The notes: generated by a model not told the origin, from the sequence alone. 64,000 nucleotides of DNA from Gammaproteobacteria bacterium (GCA_965277405.1 OZ255726.1:960001-1024000); one strand, 5' to 3'; counted from the stretch's first letter, positions 28,628-40,297 are shown. A program made the numbers and translations.

Positions 28628-29318
28628 TGTCGACCATATCGCCACGATTCGGCAACAACGCTATACACCGTACCCGTCTCCGCTTAAATTAGCTTTACTT
28701 GCTGAACAAGCAGGCGCTGATTTAATCACCATGCATTTACGCGAGGATAGAAGACATATCCAAGAAATTGACGTGCGTGAATTTATGCAACACAAGCAAA
28801 CATTACTCAATCTTGAAATGGCTGCTACCAAAGAAATGCTCGATTTTGCTTGTAGCGTGCAACCAGAACATTGCTGTCTTGTCCCTGAAAAGCGCACTGA
28901 GCTTACTACTGAAGGTGGGCTTGATGTTGCCTGCAATTTGTCAGCCATCAGCGACGCTGTCAAACTCTTATCAGCCCAAGGCATTGAAGTTTCATTGTTT
29001 ATCGACCCATGCACAACGCAAATCGACGCCACGATTGCCTGCCATGCTCCAGTCGTTGAATTACATACAGGAACGTATGCGCAATATCCTAATGATCCAC
29101 AGCATATTCAGGCAATAATAGATGCCGCGCAATACGCCGTTAGCAACGGGCTTGTAGTTAATGCTGGTCATGGTTTGCATTATCACAATATGCAGCCAAT
29201 TTTAGCCATTGCTGCAATTCGTGAAGTAAATATTGGTCATGCAATTATTGCTCATGCACTTGCAGTGGGCATCCACAATGCTGTTATAGACATGCTAAAA
29301 ATACTGCGTAGTTCGTAA
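28611..29318 (+). CDS. pdxJ: Pyridoxine 5'-phosphate synthase
   Basis: LGVNVDHIAT.R, HLREDRRHI, TTEGGL, NAGHGL, NIGH. Confidence 0.96.
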   Translation: MLLGVNVDHIATIRQQRYTPYPSPLKLALLAEQAGADLITMHLREDRRHIQEIDVREFMQHKQTLLNLEMAATKEMLDFACSVQPEHCCLVPEKRTELTTEGGLDVACNLSAISDAVKLLSAQGIEVSLFIDPCTTQIDATIACHAPVVELHTGTYAQYPNDPQHIQAIIDAAQYAVSNGLVVNAGHGLHYHNMQPILAIAAIREVNIGHAIIAHALAVGIHNAVIDMLKILRSS

Positions 29319-29394
29319 GCAAGAATATGGAAGAACTGGCTTTATAATGCTATTTTATCCGTATTGACATTACATTTAATAACTGGATAAAAAC

Positions 29395-30504
29395 ATGCGA
29401 ATAATAATTCTTAGCCTACTCACAAGCTTGGTGCTGCTGGTAGGCTGTAACTCAGATGAAGTTGAAAGCCAACAAGCAGCAGCTACGCCTGCTGCGCCTG
29501 CAACAATTGAATGGAAAATGGTCACCACTTGGCCAAAAAACTTCCCAGGACTTGGAACAAGCGCTCAACACCTTGCAGATACCATAACTGCAATGAGCGG
29601 CGGCAGGCTAAACATAAAATTATTTGCAGCTGGCGAACTCGTTGGTGCATTTGAAGTCTTTGACGCAGTATCGCAAGGCACCGCACAAATGGGGCACGGT
29701 GCGGCATATTACTGGAAGAATAAAGCGCCAGCAGCACAGTTTTTTACAGCCGTTCCGTTTGGCATGAATGCGCAGGAAATGAATGCATGGCTGTACCATG
29801 GTGGTGGGTTAGAGTTGTGGGAAAAAGTATACGACCGCTTCAATTTAATTAGCTTCCCAACTGGCAATACTGGCGTGCAAATGGGAGGTTGGTTTAAAAA
29901 AGAAATCAATTCTGTTGCCGATTTGAAAGTTCTTAAAATGCGCACTCCTGGCATGGGGGGCGAAATTCTCAAACGCTTAGGCGGCACCCCTGTCTCTTTA
30001 CCAGGTGGTGAAATTTTCACTAGTTTGCAAACAGGAACAATTGATGCAAGTGAATGGGTTGGTCCATTTAATGACTTTGCAATGGGGTTTTATAAAGTCG
30101 CACAATACTACTACTACCCAGGTTGGCAGGAACCAAATGCAGCGATGGAAGCCATGATCAACAAAGATGCTTTCAACGCGTTGCCTGCTGACTTGCAAGC
30201 TATTCTCAAAGGAGCAATTCAAGCAGAAAACATGGATATGTTGAGTGAATTCACCGCTAAAAATAACATATTCTTGGAAAAGCTGATAAATGAGCATAAA
30301 GTTGAATTACGTGAATTTCCAGCAGATATGATGCAGGCGCTCTACCAAGAAACACAGCTTTATTTAGACGAACAAGCAGCGAGCGACCCTGAGTTTAAAG
30401 AGGTGCTAACTGCATACCGCAAATTTCATGCTCGGGTAAGAAAATGGCATAATATCAGTGAATCGGCGTACGACAAAACGCTGACTGCCGTACAAAACAA
30501 ATAA
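29395..30504 (+). CDS. TRAP substrate-binding lipoprotein (TakP/keto-acid subfamily), no adjacent permeases
   Basis: Lipobox LLVGC, WKMVTTWPKNFPGLG, GNTGVQMGGWF, EWVGP. Confidence 0.88.
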   Translation: MRIIILSLLTSLVLLVGCNSDEVESQQAAATPAAPATIEWKMVTTWPKNFPGLGTSAQHLADTITAMSGGRLNIKLFAAGELVGAFEVFDAVSQGTAQMGHGAAYYWKNKAPAAQFFTAVPFGMNAQEMNAWLYHGGGLELWEKVYDRFNLISFPTGNTGVQMGGWFKKEINSVADLKVLKMRTPGMGGEILKRLGGTPVSLPGGEIFTSLQTGTIDASEWVGPFNDFAMGFYKVAQYYYYPGWQEPNAAMEAMINKDAFNALPADLQAILKGAIQAENMDMLSEFTAKNNIFLEKLINEHKVELREFPADMMQALYQETQLYLDEQAASDPEFKEVLTAYRKFHARVRKWHNISESAYDKTLTAVQNK

Positions 30505-30517
30505 TTCCTTTTCTTAT

Positions 30518-30735
30518 GGAAGCTCTGATTAATGCCATGATGGGCGTGACGGAGAAAAAACGAGGTTAGCGCATCGTTTTTATCTGTCCGTCTGTTCAAT
30601 ATACAACGGTTTGCGATACTTACTGTGTTGCATCCCTTGGCGTATATGCTATGGCATGCGCTCAGCGGTTTGCACCTTGCAATCATCTGCAATTGCAGGC
30701 AACCTCGCTCCGTGTGCGAGTTAATCAGACCTTCC
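30518..30735 (+). repeat. MITE family copy C (internally deleted)
   Basis: Both ends present; lacks the GATAATAC-GTATTATC hairpin segment. Confidence 0.85.
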
Positions 30736-30756
30736 TTATATATACCACTATGATAC

Positions 30757-30787
30757 AAGCCGAGCTGTAACGCAGTTCGGCTTTTTT
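30757..30787 (+). terminator. Rho-independent terminator
   Basis: AAGCCGAGCTG-TAACG-CAGTTCGGCTT hairpin followed by T-run. Confidence 0.8.
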
Positions 30788-30878
30788 GTTGTGGCTTTGG
30801 GTCTAACCAACAACAATCAATCCCGCGTATTGCCAGCTGCAATAACGCAGCAACATGTACTCTCTCTTTGCTTACACT

Positions 30879-32045
30879 ATGCACAATCATTTTCGCGTTT
30901 TCACTTCTGAATCAGTATCGAATGGTCATCCAGATAAAATGTGCGACCAGATTTCTGATGCCATCCTCGATGCGCTCCTCCAGCAAGACCCGCGTTCGCG
31001 CGGCGCTATCGAAACTCTAGCAAAAACCGGCATGATTCTTGTCGCTGGAGAAATTCGTAGCGCTGCCACCATTGAAATAGAACAGATTATCCGCAATACC
31101 ATCGCCAATATTGGCTACACCCATTCAGCACATGGTTTTGATGCAGCCACATGCGCGGTGATCAACGCGATTGGTCAGCAGTCGCGTGACGTTGCTCTTG
31201 GCGTAGACGAGAACTACGACACAAAAAAACTGCTTGGTGCTGGAGATCAAGGGCTGATGTTTGGCTTCGCCACCAATGAAACTGAGCAATATATGCCTGC
31301 GCCAATTTTTTATGCGCATGCATTAATGGCACAGCAAGCTAACATTCGTAAATCTAACCCAATGTTGTTACCTGATGCAAAAAGTCAATTGAGCTTTCGT
31401 TACGATGACGCGGGGAAACCGGTTGCAATCGATGCAATCGTCCTCTCTACCCAACATGTTGAGTCAGCGACACTTGCACAAATAACTGAACTCGTCCGCG
31501 AAGAAATCATCAAACCGGTGATACCAGCAAATTTTTTGCATGCCGACACAAAATACTACATTAACCCGACTGGTCGCTTTGTGATAGGCGGACCTATGGG
31601 TGATTGCGGGCTAACGGGTCGAAAAATAATCGTTGATACCTATGGCGGCTATGCGCGCCATGGCGGTGGTGCATTTTCAGGAAAGGATCCGTCTAAAGTG
31701 GACAGGTCTGCGGCATATGCCGCGCGCTATGTAGCCAAAAATATTGTCGCGGCGCAGGCAGCCAGTGCCTGTGAAATTCAGGTCTCGTATGCAATCGGCA
31801 TTGCCCAGCCGACTTCTCTGAGTATAGACACGTTTGCAACGGGGGTTGTCAGCGATGCCCGCCTAACCGAAATCGTCGAAAATATTTTTGACCTTAGCCC
31901 TGCTGGAATAATCGATATGCTGGCATTACGCGAGCAACTATACCAACCAACCGCAGCCTACGGACATTTTGGCAGACAACCTACGCATCAATCATTTTCT
32001 TGGGAACGCACAGACAAAATTGCTGCGATCCAATCTCAATTATAG
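30879..32045 (+). CDS. metK: S-adenosylmethionine synthetase
   Basis: [33 protein letters not shown]. Confidence 0.97.
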   Translation: MHNHFRVFTSESVSNGHPDKMCDQISDAILDALLQQDPRSRGAIETLAKTGMILVAGEIRSAATIEIEQIIRNTIANIGYTHSAHGFDAATCAVINAIGQQSRDVALGVDENYDTKKLLGAGDQGLMFGFATNETEQYMPAPIFYAHALMAQQANIRKSNPMLLPDAKSQLSFRYDDAGKPVAIDAIVLSTQHVESATLAQITELVREEIIKPVIPANFLHADTKYYINPTGRFVIGGPMGDCGLTGRKIIVDTYGGYARHGGGAFSGKDPSKVDRSAAYAARYVAKNIVAAQAASACEIQVSYAIGIAQPTSLSIDTFATGVVSDARLTEIVENIFDLSPAGIIDMLALREQLYQPTAAYGHFGRQPTHQSFSWERTDKIAAIQSQL

Positions 32046-32062
32046 TCCAGCAGATAATAGCC

Positions 32063-33379
32063 GTGAATAGCCAAGTATTACAAAACGCCGCCTTTACTGA
32101 TTACCGCGTCGCCGATATCAGCCTTGCCGAATATGGTCGCAAGGAAATACGCATTGCTGAAACCCAAATGCCTGGGCTGATGGCATTACGCCAAGAATAT
32201 GCAGGGATGCGCCCATTACACGGCGCACGCATAGTCGGCTGCTTGCACATGACGATTCAAACAGCTGTATTGATAGAAACACTGATAGACCTTGGCGCGC
32301 AAGTGCGTTGGGCATCGTGTAATATATTTTCTACGCAGGATCACGCAGCTGCGGCAATAGCCCAAATAGGTGTTGCCGTGTTCGCATGGAAAGGTGAGAG
32401 CGAAGATGAGTATTGGTGGTGTATTGAAAAGGCGGTATGCGGTCAAAGCGAGTGGCAGCCAAATTTACTCCTTGACGATGGCGGTGATCTAACCGCGCAT
32501 GTTCATCAACAACACCCAACATTATTAGCTGCTATCCGCGGCGTATCAGAAGAAACAACAACTGGGGTCAAACAACTCGAACGTCTGGTAAAAAACGGCT
32601 CGTTACAAATACCAGCAATAAATGTCAACGGCTCGGTTACCAAGTCGAAATTTGATAATTTATACGGCTGCCGTGAGTCTTTGATCGATGGCATCAAACG
32701 CGCAACTGATGTTATGATTGCAGGAAAAATTGCCGTGGTCTGCGGGTATGGCGACGTTGGCAAAGGCTGCGCCCAATCGCTACGTGCGCTTGGCGCAACA
32801 GTTTATATTACAGAAATTGATCCAATTTGCGCATTGCAAGCTGCTATGGAAGGTTATCGCGTCGTGCTGTTAGCCGCTGTAGTTGCTGATGCAGATATTT
32901 TTGTTACCGCCACAGGCAATGACGGCATTATCAGCCACGACGATGTGCTGCAAATGAAGGACCAGGCAATCGTTGGCAACATCGGTCATTTTGATGCTGA
33001 AATTGATGTCGCGCAACTGCGCCAATACCCTTGGGATTCAATTAAACCACAGGTTGACCAAATCATCTTGCCAAATGGTAAACGCATCACCTTACTTGCT
33101 GAAGGTCGCTTGCTCAATCTTGCCTGTGCAACTGGGCATCCAAGTTTTGTTATGTCAAACTCGTTTACCAACCAAGTATTAGCTCAAATTGAGCTGTGGC
33201 AACATCCGCATCAGTATGAAAATAAAGTCTATGTTTTGCCAAAATTGCTTGATGAAAAAGTAGCACGGCTACACTTAGATAGAATTGGTGCAAAGCTCAC
33301 GGTACTCACGCCAGCTCAAGCAAAATACCTCGACGTCGCTGTTGACGGTCCGTACAAACCTGACCACTATCGCTACTAA
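32063..33379 (+). CDS. ahcY: Adenosylhomocysteinase
   Basis: [46 protein letters not shown]; start uncertain (GTG 32063). Confidence 0.96.
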   Translation: MNSQVLQNAAFTDYRVADISLAEYGRKEIRIAETQMPGLMALRQEYAGMRPLHGARIVGCLHMTIQTAVLIETLIDLGAQVRWASCNIFSTQDHAAAAIAQIGVAVFAWKGESEDEYWWCIEKAVCGQSEWQPNLLLDDGGDLTAHVHQQHPTLLAAIRGVSEETTTGVKQLERLVKNGSLQIPAINVNGSVTKSKFDNLYGCRESLIDGIKRATDVMIAGKIAVVCGYGDVGKGCAQSLRALGATVYITEIDPICALQAAMEGYRVVLLAAVVADADIFVTATGNDGIISHDDVLQMKDQAIVGNIGHFDAEIDVAQLRQYPWDSIKPQVDQIILPNGKRITLLAEGRLLNLACATGHPSFVMSNSFTNQVLAQIELWQHPHQYENKVYVLPKLLDEKVARLHLDRIGAKLTVLTPAQAKYLDVAVDGPYKPDHYRY

Positions 33380-33513
33380 CAACCTCTAATTAAGTCGCTG
33401 GTGATTACCAGGCGGATTAGCACCGCAAATCGCGCAGCGTATACGTTAACGGACGAACACAGCAACCACACCAATTTCCGCAAACCATTAAATATTTAAC
33501 CTAAGTTCCTATC

Positions 33514-34044
33514 ATGGCATTTAGTAAAGCAATCCTTGCACAAACAATTCGTACTGTTCCTAACTTCCCAAAACCTGGCATACTGTTTCGCGATATCGCC
33601 CCAATTTTTTTGCATGCTGATGTATTTGCAATGGTAGTAGACGAACTCTGCGCACGCATACACCCAAGCGTAGATGTTATTGCTACCATTGACGCGAGAG
33701 GGTTTTTATGTAGCTCGGCTGTGGCGTATGCTTTGAGAAAACCATTGGCGATTATCCGCAAACAAGGCAAGTTACCAGGGGAGACCATCAGCACGAGCTA
33801 CGCGCTAGAATACGGGACGAATACCCTGGAAATTCAACGTGGTGCCATTTCCACAGGAACTAAGACGGTCGTCATGGATGACTTGATAGCCACTGGGGGC
33901 ACGTTGCTTGCAGCGATTCATCTGATTCAAAGCTGCGGCGGAATTCCAACCCATGTCTTAGCGATGATTGACTTGCCCGCACTCGGTGGCAGCACCACTA
34001 TTGCCAGCAAGCATATCAATGTTGACGCGCTGCTAAGCTATTAG
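33514..34044 (+). CDS. apt: Adenine phosphoribosyltransferase
   Basis: PNFPKPGILFRDI, RKQGKLPG, YALEYG, DDLIATGGT. Confidence 0.95.
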   Translation: MAFSKAILAQTIRTVPNFPKPGILFRDIAPIFLHADVFAMVVDELCARIHPSVDVIATIDARGFLCSSAVAYALRKPLAIIRKQGKLPGETISTSYALEYGTNTLEIQRGAISTGTKTVVMDDLIATGGTLLAAIHLIQSCGGIPTHVLAMIDLPALGGSTTIASKHINVDALLSY

Positions 34045-34193
34045 CGAGTTAATCAGCGCGACAACATTTTCGTGCTGCCCAGATGTTGCAGTATTATTGC
34101 GGATTATTCTACTCGTAAACAGGGTGCACTAGACTTATAGATATAGCTGCTTTGGCTATGGCATATTACGTTGGAACGCTGCGCGCGGCGTTG

Positions 34194-36089
34194 CTACTGT
34201 AACTGCTCACTTATTTTAAGCCATTGTGCTTCGTGCGCGTTAATGAGTTTTTTCGTAGCTCCTTGTTGGTTGAGGACTGTATGCAGTTGCTCTTTTTGCG
34301 CGGCTGCGTATAACCGGCTATCTGCCAATTGCTCAGTATAGATTGCCAGTTTTTTTTCAAGTTGACTAATTTGTTTTTCAAGTATGCCGCGTTGTTTGCG
34401 CCTTGCTGCTGAGTGGTTGCGTTGTTGCGCTGCGGCTTGGCGTTGTTGTTTTTTGTTTTTATGCGTAGCTGTTGCTGCGCGTTGTGTCGCAGCAGCTGGT
34501 GTTGCAGCTGCCGTGATTTGATTGTGTTGAAATGCAATTTTTTGGTAGTCAGATAAATCACCAGTAAAGTCGGTAACATCACCATTGGCTACCAGCCAAA
34601 AATAATCAACACTGTGGCGGAGCAAATATCGGTCGTGCGATACCAACAACACCGCCCCAGCAAACGACTGCATCGCCATCAATAATGCGTCACGCATGTC
34701 CATATCCAAGTGGTTGGCTGGCTCATCTAGAATGAGCAGGTTCGGCTTTTGCCAGGCAATCAATGCCAACGCCAGCCTGGCTTTTTCACCGCCAGAAAAA
34801 TGGTGAATCGAGCTGGCTGTAGCCTCTTCTCTAAAATTAAACGAACCGAGGAAATTGCGAATTAATTGCTCGGTGGCCTTTGGTTGTAGTTTTTGCAGTT
34901 GCATAACTGGGCTGGTATCAAGTGCCAACGCTTCCACTTGATGTTGGGCAAAATAACCTATTTTCAGATGCTCGCCGATTTCAGCCTTGCCAGATAAAAT
35001 ATGCAACTCGCCTGCAAGTGTTTTCAGCAAAGTTGATTTACCCGCACCATTCACACCTAACACCCCAATTCTGTCTCCACTGCGAATACTGATATCGATG
35101 TTTTGTAATATAGGAGTTTCACCATAACCAAGGTTAGCTTGGCGTAAATTCAGCAATGGATCTGATGTTTTTTCTGAGGAATGGAGTCGAAATGTAAACG
35201 GACTTTCGGCACGCACTGCAGCCATGACTTCTAGTCTACCAAGGGCTTTCAAACGGCTTTGTGCTTGTTTAGCTTTGCTGGCTTTGGCACGAAAGCGGCG
35301 CACAAAATCTTGCATATGGGCAATTTCAATTTGTTGCTTTTGTTGCATGCTGTGTTGCTGAGCAAGTCTCTCGATGCGTTGGCGTTGCGCTTGTTCATAA
35401 TTGCCAGAATACAATTGTAGTTTTTGGCGTTCAAACCATAAGATTTTTTTGCTAATTGAATCTAAAAAATCTCTATCGTGCGAAATGAGCAACAACGTTC
35501 CAGCATATTCTTTGAGCCAGCGTTCTAGCCATTCAATTGCATCAATGTCTAAATGGTTTGTTGGTTCATCAAGCAGCAGGCAGTCTGCTGGTTGCATTAG
35601 CACTTTGGCTAAATTTAGGCGAATCTGCCAACCACCAGAAAACGAACTCACTACATTGTGGTGGGATGTGACTGCAAAACCAAGACCGCTGAGCAAGCGC
35701 TGTGCTCGCGACTGCGCCGTCCATGCATCACAGCTATCTAGCTCGCTATAACATTTGGTTATTGTGCCGGTGTCGTTGTTGTGCTCAGCTGCTGCTAATT
35801 TTCCAAGCCAATGGCTACGGACATTGTCACCACTCAGTACATATTCGAGCGCACTGCTTTGCCGTTGCACTATTTCTTGTTCCATAATGCCGATTTTCCA
35901 TTTATTCGGCCAGGTGATGCTGCCAGTACTGGTTGTCAACCCACCGTTAAAAACTCGAAACAAACTTGATTTACCGCAGCCGTTTCTACCAACTACGCCA
36001 ACTTTATCGCCAGGATAAATGTTGAGATCTGCCTCATCAAACAATAATTTTGTTGCTTGAAATAAACAAGCATTGTCAAAACGGATCAT
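34194..36089 (-). CDS. ABC-F family ATPase (YheS-like)
   Basis: Two ABC domains, FSGGW..RLNLA, LLDEPTNHLD, RFRAKASKAKQAQSR linker; no TM segments. Confidence 0.92.
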   Translation of the reverse strand: MIRFDNACLFQATKLLFDEADLNIYPGDKVGVVGRNGCGKSSLFRVFNGGLTTSTGSITWPNKWKIGIMEQEIVQRQSSALEYVLSGDNVRSHWLGKLAAAEHNNDTGTITKCYSELDSCDAWTAQSRAQRLLSGLGFAVTSHHNVVSSFSGGWQIRLNLAKVLMQPADCLLLDEPTNHLDIDAIEWLERWLKEYAGTLLLISHDRDFLDSISKKILWFERQKLQLYSGNYEQAQRQRIERLAQQHSMQQKQQIEIAHMQDFVRRFRAKASKAKQAQSRLKALGRLEVMAAVRAESPFTFRLHSSEKTSDPLLNLRQANLGYGETPILQNIDISIRSGDRIGVLGVNGAGKSTLLKTLAGELHILSGKAEIGEHLKIGYFAQHQVEALALDTSPVMQLQKLQPKATEQLIRNFLGSFNFREEATASSIHHFSGGEKARLALALIAWQKPNLLILDEPANHLDMDMRDALLMAMQSFAGAVLLVSHDRYLLRHSVDYFWLVANGDVTDFTGDLSDYQKIAFQHNQITAAATPAAATQRAATATHKNKKQQRQAAAQQRNHSAARRKQRGILEKQISQLEKKLAIYTEQLADSRLYAAAQKEQLHTVLNQQGATKKLINAHEAQWLKISEQLQ

Positions 36090-36253
36090 AAGCTTAGTGG
36101 AGTAATAGTTGCGGAGCAGCATCATAGCGGGCTAGCAACTGTCGTGCGCAGTATTCACCCACAATTACTGAAATCTGATAGCTAACATATGCTGCAAAAC
36201 AGCGGCGCGGTCATTGCGGTTTTGCAATATAGTTGTCTGGTGTTTTTACTTAG

Positions 36254-36492
36254 GGAAGCTCTGGTTAACTCGCTAATGGCGCGAGTTTGCCTGCAATTGC
36301 TGATGACTGCAAGGCGCAAACCGCTGAGCGCATCCCGTAGCATATACGCCAAGGGATGCAACACAGCAAGCGTAAGCAATTGCAACAACCCATTTATACT
36401 TCAACAGAAACACGGGAAAAAAGCGCTACTAACGTCGTTGCAGCACTTGGCAACACCCACAAGTCCCCACCAGTATTATCTGCGCACCGCGC
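36254..36492 (-). repeat. MITE family copy D (truncated by copy E)
   Basis: GGAAGCTCTGGTTAACTCGC end after TTAG; same body as E. Confidence 0.85.
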
Positions 36493-36496
36493 TTAA

Positions 36497-36782
36497 GGAA
36501 TCTCTGATTAAGTCGCTGATGAAGCGAGTTTGCCTGCAATTGCTGATGATTGCAAGGCGCAAACCGCTGAGCGCATCCCGTAGCATATACGCCAAGGGAT
36601 GCAACACAGCAAGTACCGCTTGTAGGCAAACCATCATATATTCAATAGAAGGCTGGGAAAAAACGCTGCGCTAACGTCGTTGTAGCACTTGATAATACCA
36701 CCAGTATTATCTGCGCACTGCGTCTAGTTATCATCAGCGTTTTTTCTCTGGCTCGCCCATCATGGACTTAATCAGAGCTTCC
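36497..36782 (-). repeat. MITE family copy E (full-length, 286 bp)
   Basis: TTAA|GGAATCTCTGATTAAGTC ... GACTTAATCAGAGCTTCC|CTAA. Confidence 0.92.
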
Positions 36783-37052
36783 CTAATTGCGCCAGATCGA
36801 AATCGACATCTTCCAGGCGACATCTACAAGGTGACATTTCAAATATCTTACAATTACGATGGTTGCGTAGCAGCTGTTAGTTGGGAAGGAGCATTACGCC
36901 AGTCGCTAGCAGTTTATCCGAAAATTGGAATTGTTGATGTCGTGGTTAATGTTTGCTTGAGGTATGGCGTTGCGGACGAATATAGTGGCAGTGTGGGGCT
37001 TATGTTAAGGTAGACTATACTGTGGATATTATTTACCAAGTGAGGTTACAAA

Positions 37053-38066
37053 ATGCTTGCGAACTCTAGATCGAGTACAATCGTTATCTTTTTCGCAGCA
37101 ATTTTAGCCACGTTTTCCATGGCTTGGACTGTTACGGCCAATGCCGCTGGTTTCAGGGTTGTGTTGCATGATGGTGTTGAAATCGGTGTCTGGTATCCAA
37201 GTGACACAGCGACAATATCCCAAAGTCTCGGCCCATTCGCAGTCGATGTTGCGCAAGATGCACCGATCAGCACAGGCACTTATCAGGTTATCCTGTTTTC
37301 CCACGGGCGCGGCGGACGCTATCGAAATCATTACCTGACATCGCAAACCCTCGCAGACGCTGGGTTCATCGTTGCGGCCCCACAGCACGAGGCCGATTAT
37401 TTGGTCGGCGGGAGCAAGACCGCCAGTGCGCTTAATCACCGCTATCTCGAACTTGATGCAGCGTTAAGTGCTGTTTTGGCGGAAGCGGATTTTGCCGATC
37501 ATGTGAATCGTGATGCAATTCACGGGGTCGGGTATTCACTCGGAGGGGCAACAATTCTCCTAGCTGCTGGTGCCGAATATTCGACCAAGCGTGTGGATCA
37601 ACATTGCCAACTAAACATGGACGCTGATGTCGAGTTTTGTGAGGACCCAGGACGGGTCTATCGGGCCATTCAGTCATTCCATCATGATGTTTCACTGCCG
37701 CAAACAACCGATCCATTCCGCAATAAGCCCTTGATTCATGGTCAAATAGTACTTATCGCACCAGTCTTTCAGGGTTTTGGAGTAAAAAAATTGTCGGCAA
37801 CTAGCCTGACTGTTTTCGCAATTGCAGGCGATAGGATCGCACAACCAAAATTTCATGCATACCCACTAATCCGTGCTGTCTCCCCTGATTTACCTACTGA
37901 TCTGCAAATGATTGCTGGACATCACTTTGCCTTTATTGCGCCGTTTCCCAAATGGCTGACAGATATGGAAAATATTCCCGTTGCGGTCGACCCTGAAGGG
38001 TTTGATCGAAAGTCTTTTTTAACTGATCTGAACGCTCGCATCCTAGCGGTTTTCCTTGCCCAATAG
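37053..38066 (+). CDS. Secreted alpha/beta hydrolase (dienelactone hydrolase-like)
   Basis: Signal peptide, VWYP, FSHG.GG, GYSLGG nucleophile, HFAFI. Confidence 0.82.
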   Translation: MLANSRSSTIVIFFAAILATFSMAWTVTANAAGFRVVLHDGVEIGVWYPSDTATISQSLGPFAVDVAQDAPISTGTYQVILFSHGRGGRYRNHYLTSQTLADAGFIVAAPQHEADYLVGGSKTASALNHRYLELDAALSAVLAEADFADHVNRDAIHGVGYSLGGATILLAAGAEYSTKRVDQHCQLNMDADVEFCEDPGRVYRAIQSFHHDVSLPQTTDPFRNKPLIHGQIVLIAPVFQGFGVKKLSATSLTVFAIAGDRIAQPKFHAYPLIRAVSPDLPTDLQMIAGHHFAFIAPFPKWLTDMENIPVAVDPEGFDRKSFLTDLNARILAVFLAQ

Positions 38067-38294
38067 GTTATGTTCTTCAACGTGCGCAAAATCTTTAGTT
38101 TTGACTGTTAAATATGGGCATCAACAGATTACACGTTCACATATGGAAATAAATTTGCCCGACAGCGACGTACTGACACTATACTGACAGATAGTGACAG
38201 ATAGTGACTATTTTGACAATACAGATAAGCCAGCGGTTAAGATAAGCAATCATAGCTTGCACATTTTGACGCGCGCAACAAAAGGAATTTTATA

Positions 38295-38849
38295 ATGGAT
38301 ACAAGAGATATCGTATTAATCGCCCTATTCGCTGCAATTGTAGCCGTTTTGGGTGTTTTCCCCCCGCTAACACTGCCCGTAGTTGCTGTGCCTATTACGG
38401 CACAATCGTTAGGTGTAATGCTTGCAGGCGGGATTTTAGGCGCTAGGCGTGGTGCCTTGGCACTTGTCCTGTTCCTCACATTAGTCGCTATAGGTTTGCC
38501 GTTGCTTCCTGGCGGTCGTGGCGGGTTTGCAGTATTTGCAGGACCAAGCGGCGGGTTTCTAGTTGGTTGGATATTTGCTGCATATGCAATTGGCTATATG
38601 ATCGAACGTGTTTGGGAGAAATTGAATTATGCATATGCTTTTTTTGCCTGTGTCGCCGGCGGTATTGTCTTGCTCTACGTTATAGGTATTGCCTGGGTTG
38701 CCGTGGTCGCAAACATCCCACTCGAGAAGGCGTTGTTGGGTTCACTTGCGTTCATCCCAGGCGGTCTGATTAAAGCAGTGCTTGCTGCGGTAGTGATTGT
38801 CACCGTTGCCAAATCCTACCCTATAATCAAAGGCAAGAAGACCGCATAG
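38295..38849 (+). CDS. bioY: Biotin ECF transporter S component
   Basis: VPITAQSLGVMLAG..LG, GLP...GGRGG, GPSGGFL. Confidence 0.92.
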   Translation: MDTRDIVLIALFAAIVAVLGVFPPLTLPVVAVPITAQSLGVMLAGGILGARRGALALVLFLTLVAIGLPLLPGGRGGFAVFAGPSGGFLVGWIFAAYAIGYMIERVWEKLNYAYAFFACVAGGIVLLYVIGIAWVAVVANIPLEKALLGSLAFIPGGLIKAVLAAVVIVTVAKSYPIIKGKKTA

Positions 38850-38987
38850 ATTGAATACTGGGGCATGCGGATGAAAGTTCTGGCTTGGTGACGAAAAAAT
38901 TTTAACTGGCAGCAATAATTGCAATGAGGATGGCGCAGATATCAGCGTGTTGAGTCCGCTGCTGCGGCATTCGCGGAGGTGTAAGCT

Positions 38988-39662
38988 GTGATTTTCATGA
39001 ATAATATCAGCGTGATAAAGGGTGACAGCACGATATTAAGCGATATATCGCTCACTCTTAGTGAAAAACGCATCGGCATTATTGGCGACAACGGGTCTGG
39101 AAAGAGCACGTTTGCAAAACTGCTAAATGGTTTGCAGCCGTGTTCCACGGGGCATATTGGCTGCGGTGATACCTCCTCTGTTGCAGATAAACAAATGAGG
39201 AGTTTTGTCGGTTTCGTATTTCAAAACCCTGATAATCAAATCGTTTATCCGCTCGTCGAGGAAGATATTGCTTTTGGCCTGAAAAAATCAGGGCTGACGA
39301 AAACCGAAGTCGGCGCACGTGTTGACGAATATCTGGTGAAGTTCAGCCTTACCCATCTCAGGGGCAGGTTCACTCACGAATTGAGCGGTGGCGAAAAGCA
39401 ACTGATTGCCTTGGTCGGCGTGCTGATCATGAACCCTAAATACATCGTGCTCGATGAGCCAACAACACTCTTGGACCTGCGCAATCGTGCTATGTTGCTA
39501 AAGATCCTGAGCGAGCTGGAGCAATCTCTGCTGATCGTAAGTCACGATTTAGAATGGATGATGAAGATGGAGCGTGTTATTTTGATCCACTATGGGCAAA
39601 TCCATCTAGACGGTCATCCTGAGTCTGTTATACCTCAATATAAAAGGCTCTCAGAATGCTGA
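38988..39662 (+). CDS. bioM: ECF transporter ATPase (BioM-like)
   Basis: GDNGSGKST, FQNPDNQI, LSGGE, DEPTT.LD. Confidence 0.82.
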   Translation: MIFMNNISVIKGDSTILSDISLTLSEKRIGIIGDNGSGKSTFAKLLNGLQPCSTGHIGCGDTSSVADKQMRSFVGFVFQNPDNQIVYPLVEEDIAFGLKKSGLTKTEVGARVDEYLVKFSLTHLRGRFTHELSGGEKQLIALVGVLIMNPKYIVLDEPTTLLDLRNRAMLLKILSELEQSLLIVSHDLEWMMKMERVILIHYGQIHLDGHPESVIPQYKRLSEC

Positions 39663-40297
39663 CCGACCTGTATTGCGACACCAATACCATCTTGCATCGG
39701 GCAACTCCAAGCGTGAAAATCCTCACTCTGTTTGTGGTGTGCACATTGCTCTTTCTATTTGGAACTTGGTGGTTTCTTGCCGGATTATGCTGCTTAATTT
39801 TGCTTGGTTACGTGGTCGCAACAATACCTATTAAGGCCATCAAGCAGTCCGTTTCACCAGTCATCTGGCTACTGTTAATCATATTTATTGTGCAGTTGTA
39901 TCTGACTGGGTTGGAGTTGGCGGCATTTGTCGTGTTACGCTTCATCGCCATGATTATGCTGGCTTCATTGCTCACGCTAACGACTAGATCAAGTGAAATA
40001 GTAGCAGGCATTGAATCTGGATTGCGGTTTCTGCCGAATCAAAAGTTGGCCGAACAGATAAGTCTGTCGATTTCGCTGTGCCTAAGGTTTATTCCCAAAG
40101 TTCGTGGCATATTCTCAGAAGTCAGAGCAGCCCAGTCCGCAAGAGGGCTGGCAAACGATTGGCGCGCGTTAACGACACCAACGATCGTGCGTACACTTAA
40201 GTCAGCTACCGAGATAGCTGAGGCAATTACAGCCCGATCACCTGGTGAATTTAGCCCACCAGCCAGAAAAAGCGGGAGCAATGATGGGCATCAATGA
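39656..40297 (+). CDS. bioN: ECF transporter T component (BioN-like)
   Basis: LTLTT, LRFIP, AQSARG, AITAR motifs. Confidence 0.82.
   Translation: MLTDLYCDTNTILHRATPSVKILTLFVVCTLLFLFGTWWFLAGLCCLILLGYVVATIPIKAIKQSVSPVIWLLLIIFIVQLYLTGLELAAFVVLRFIAMIMLASLLTLTTRSSEIVAGIESGLRFLPNQKLAEQISLSISLCLRFIPKVRGIFSEVRAAQSARGLANDWRALTTPTIVRTLKSATEIAEAITARSPGEFSPPARKSGSNDGHQ

Noticed and set aside
30790-30878. SAM or SAH riboswitch upstream of metK
   Set aside because: No recognisable aptamer consensus; the nearby hairpin is a simple terminator
36189-36674. ORFs with repeated MIARRKPLSASRSIYAKGCNTAS (also 24454, 30426, 20843, 40670)
   Set aside because: Translations of MITE copies; frames not conserved between copies
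38850-38987. Possible thiolase relic between bioY and bioM
   Set aside because: Too short and degenerate to assign
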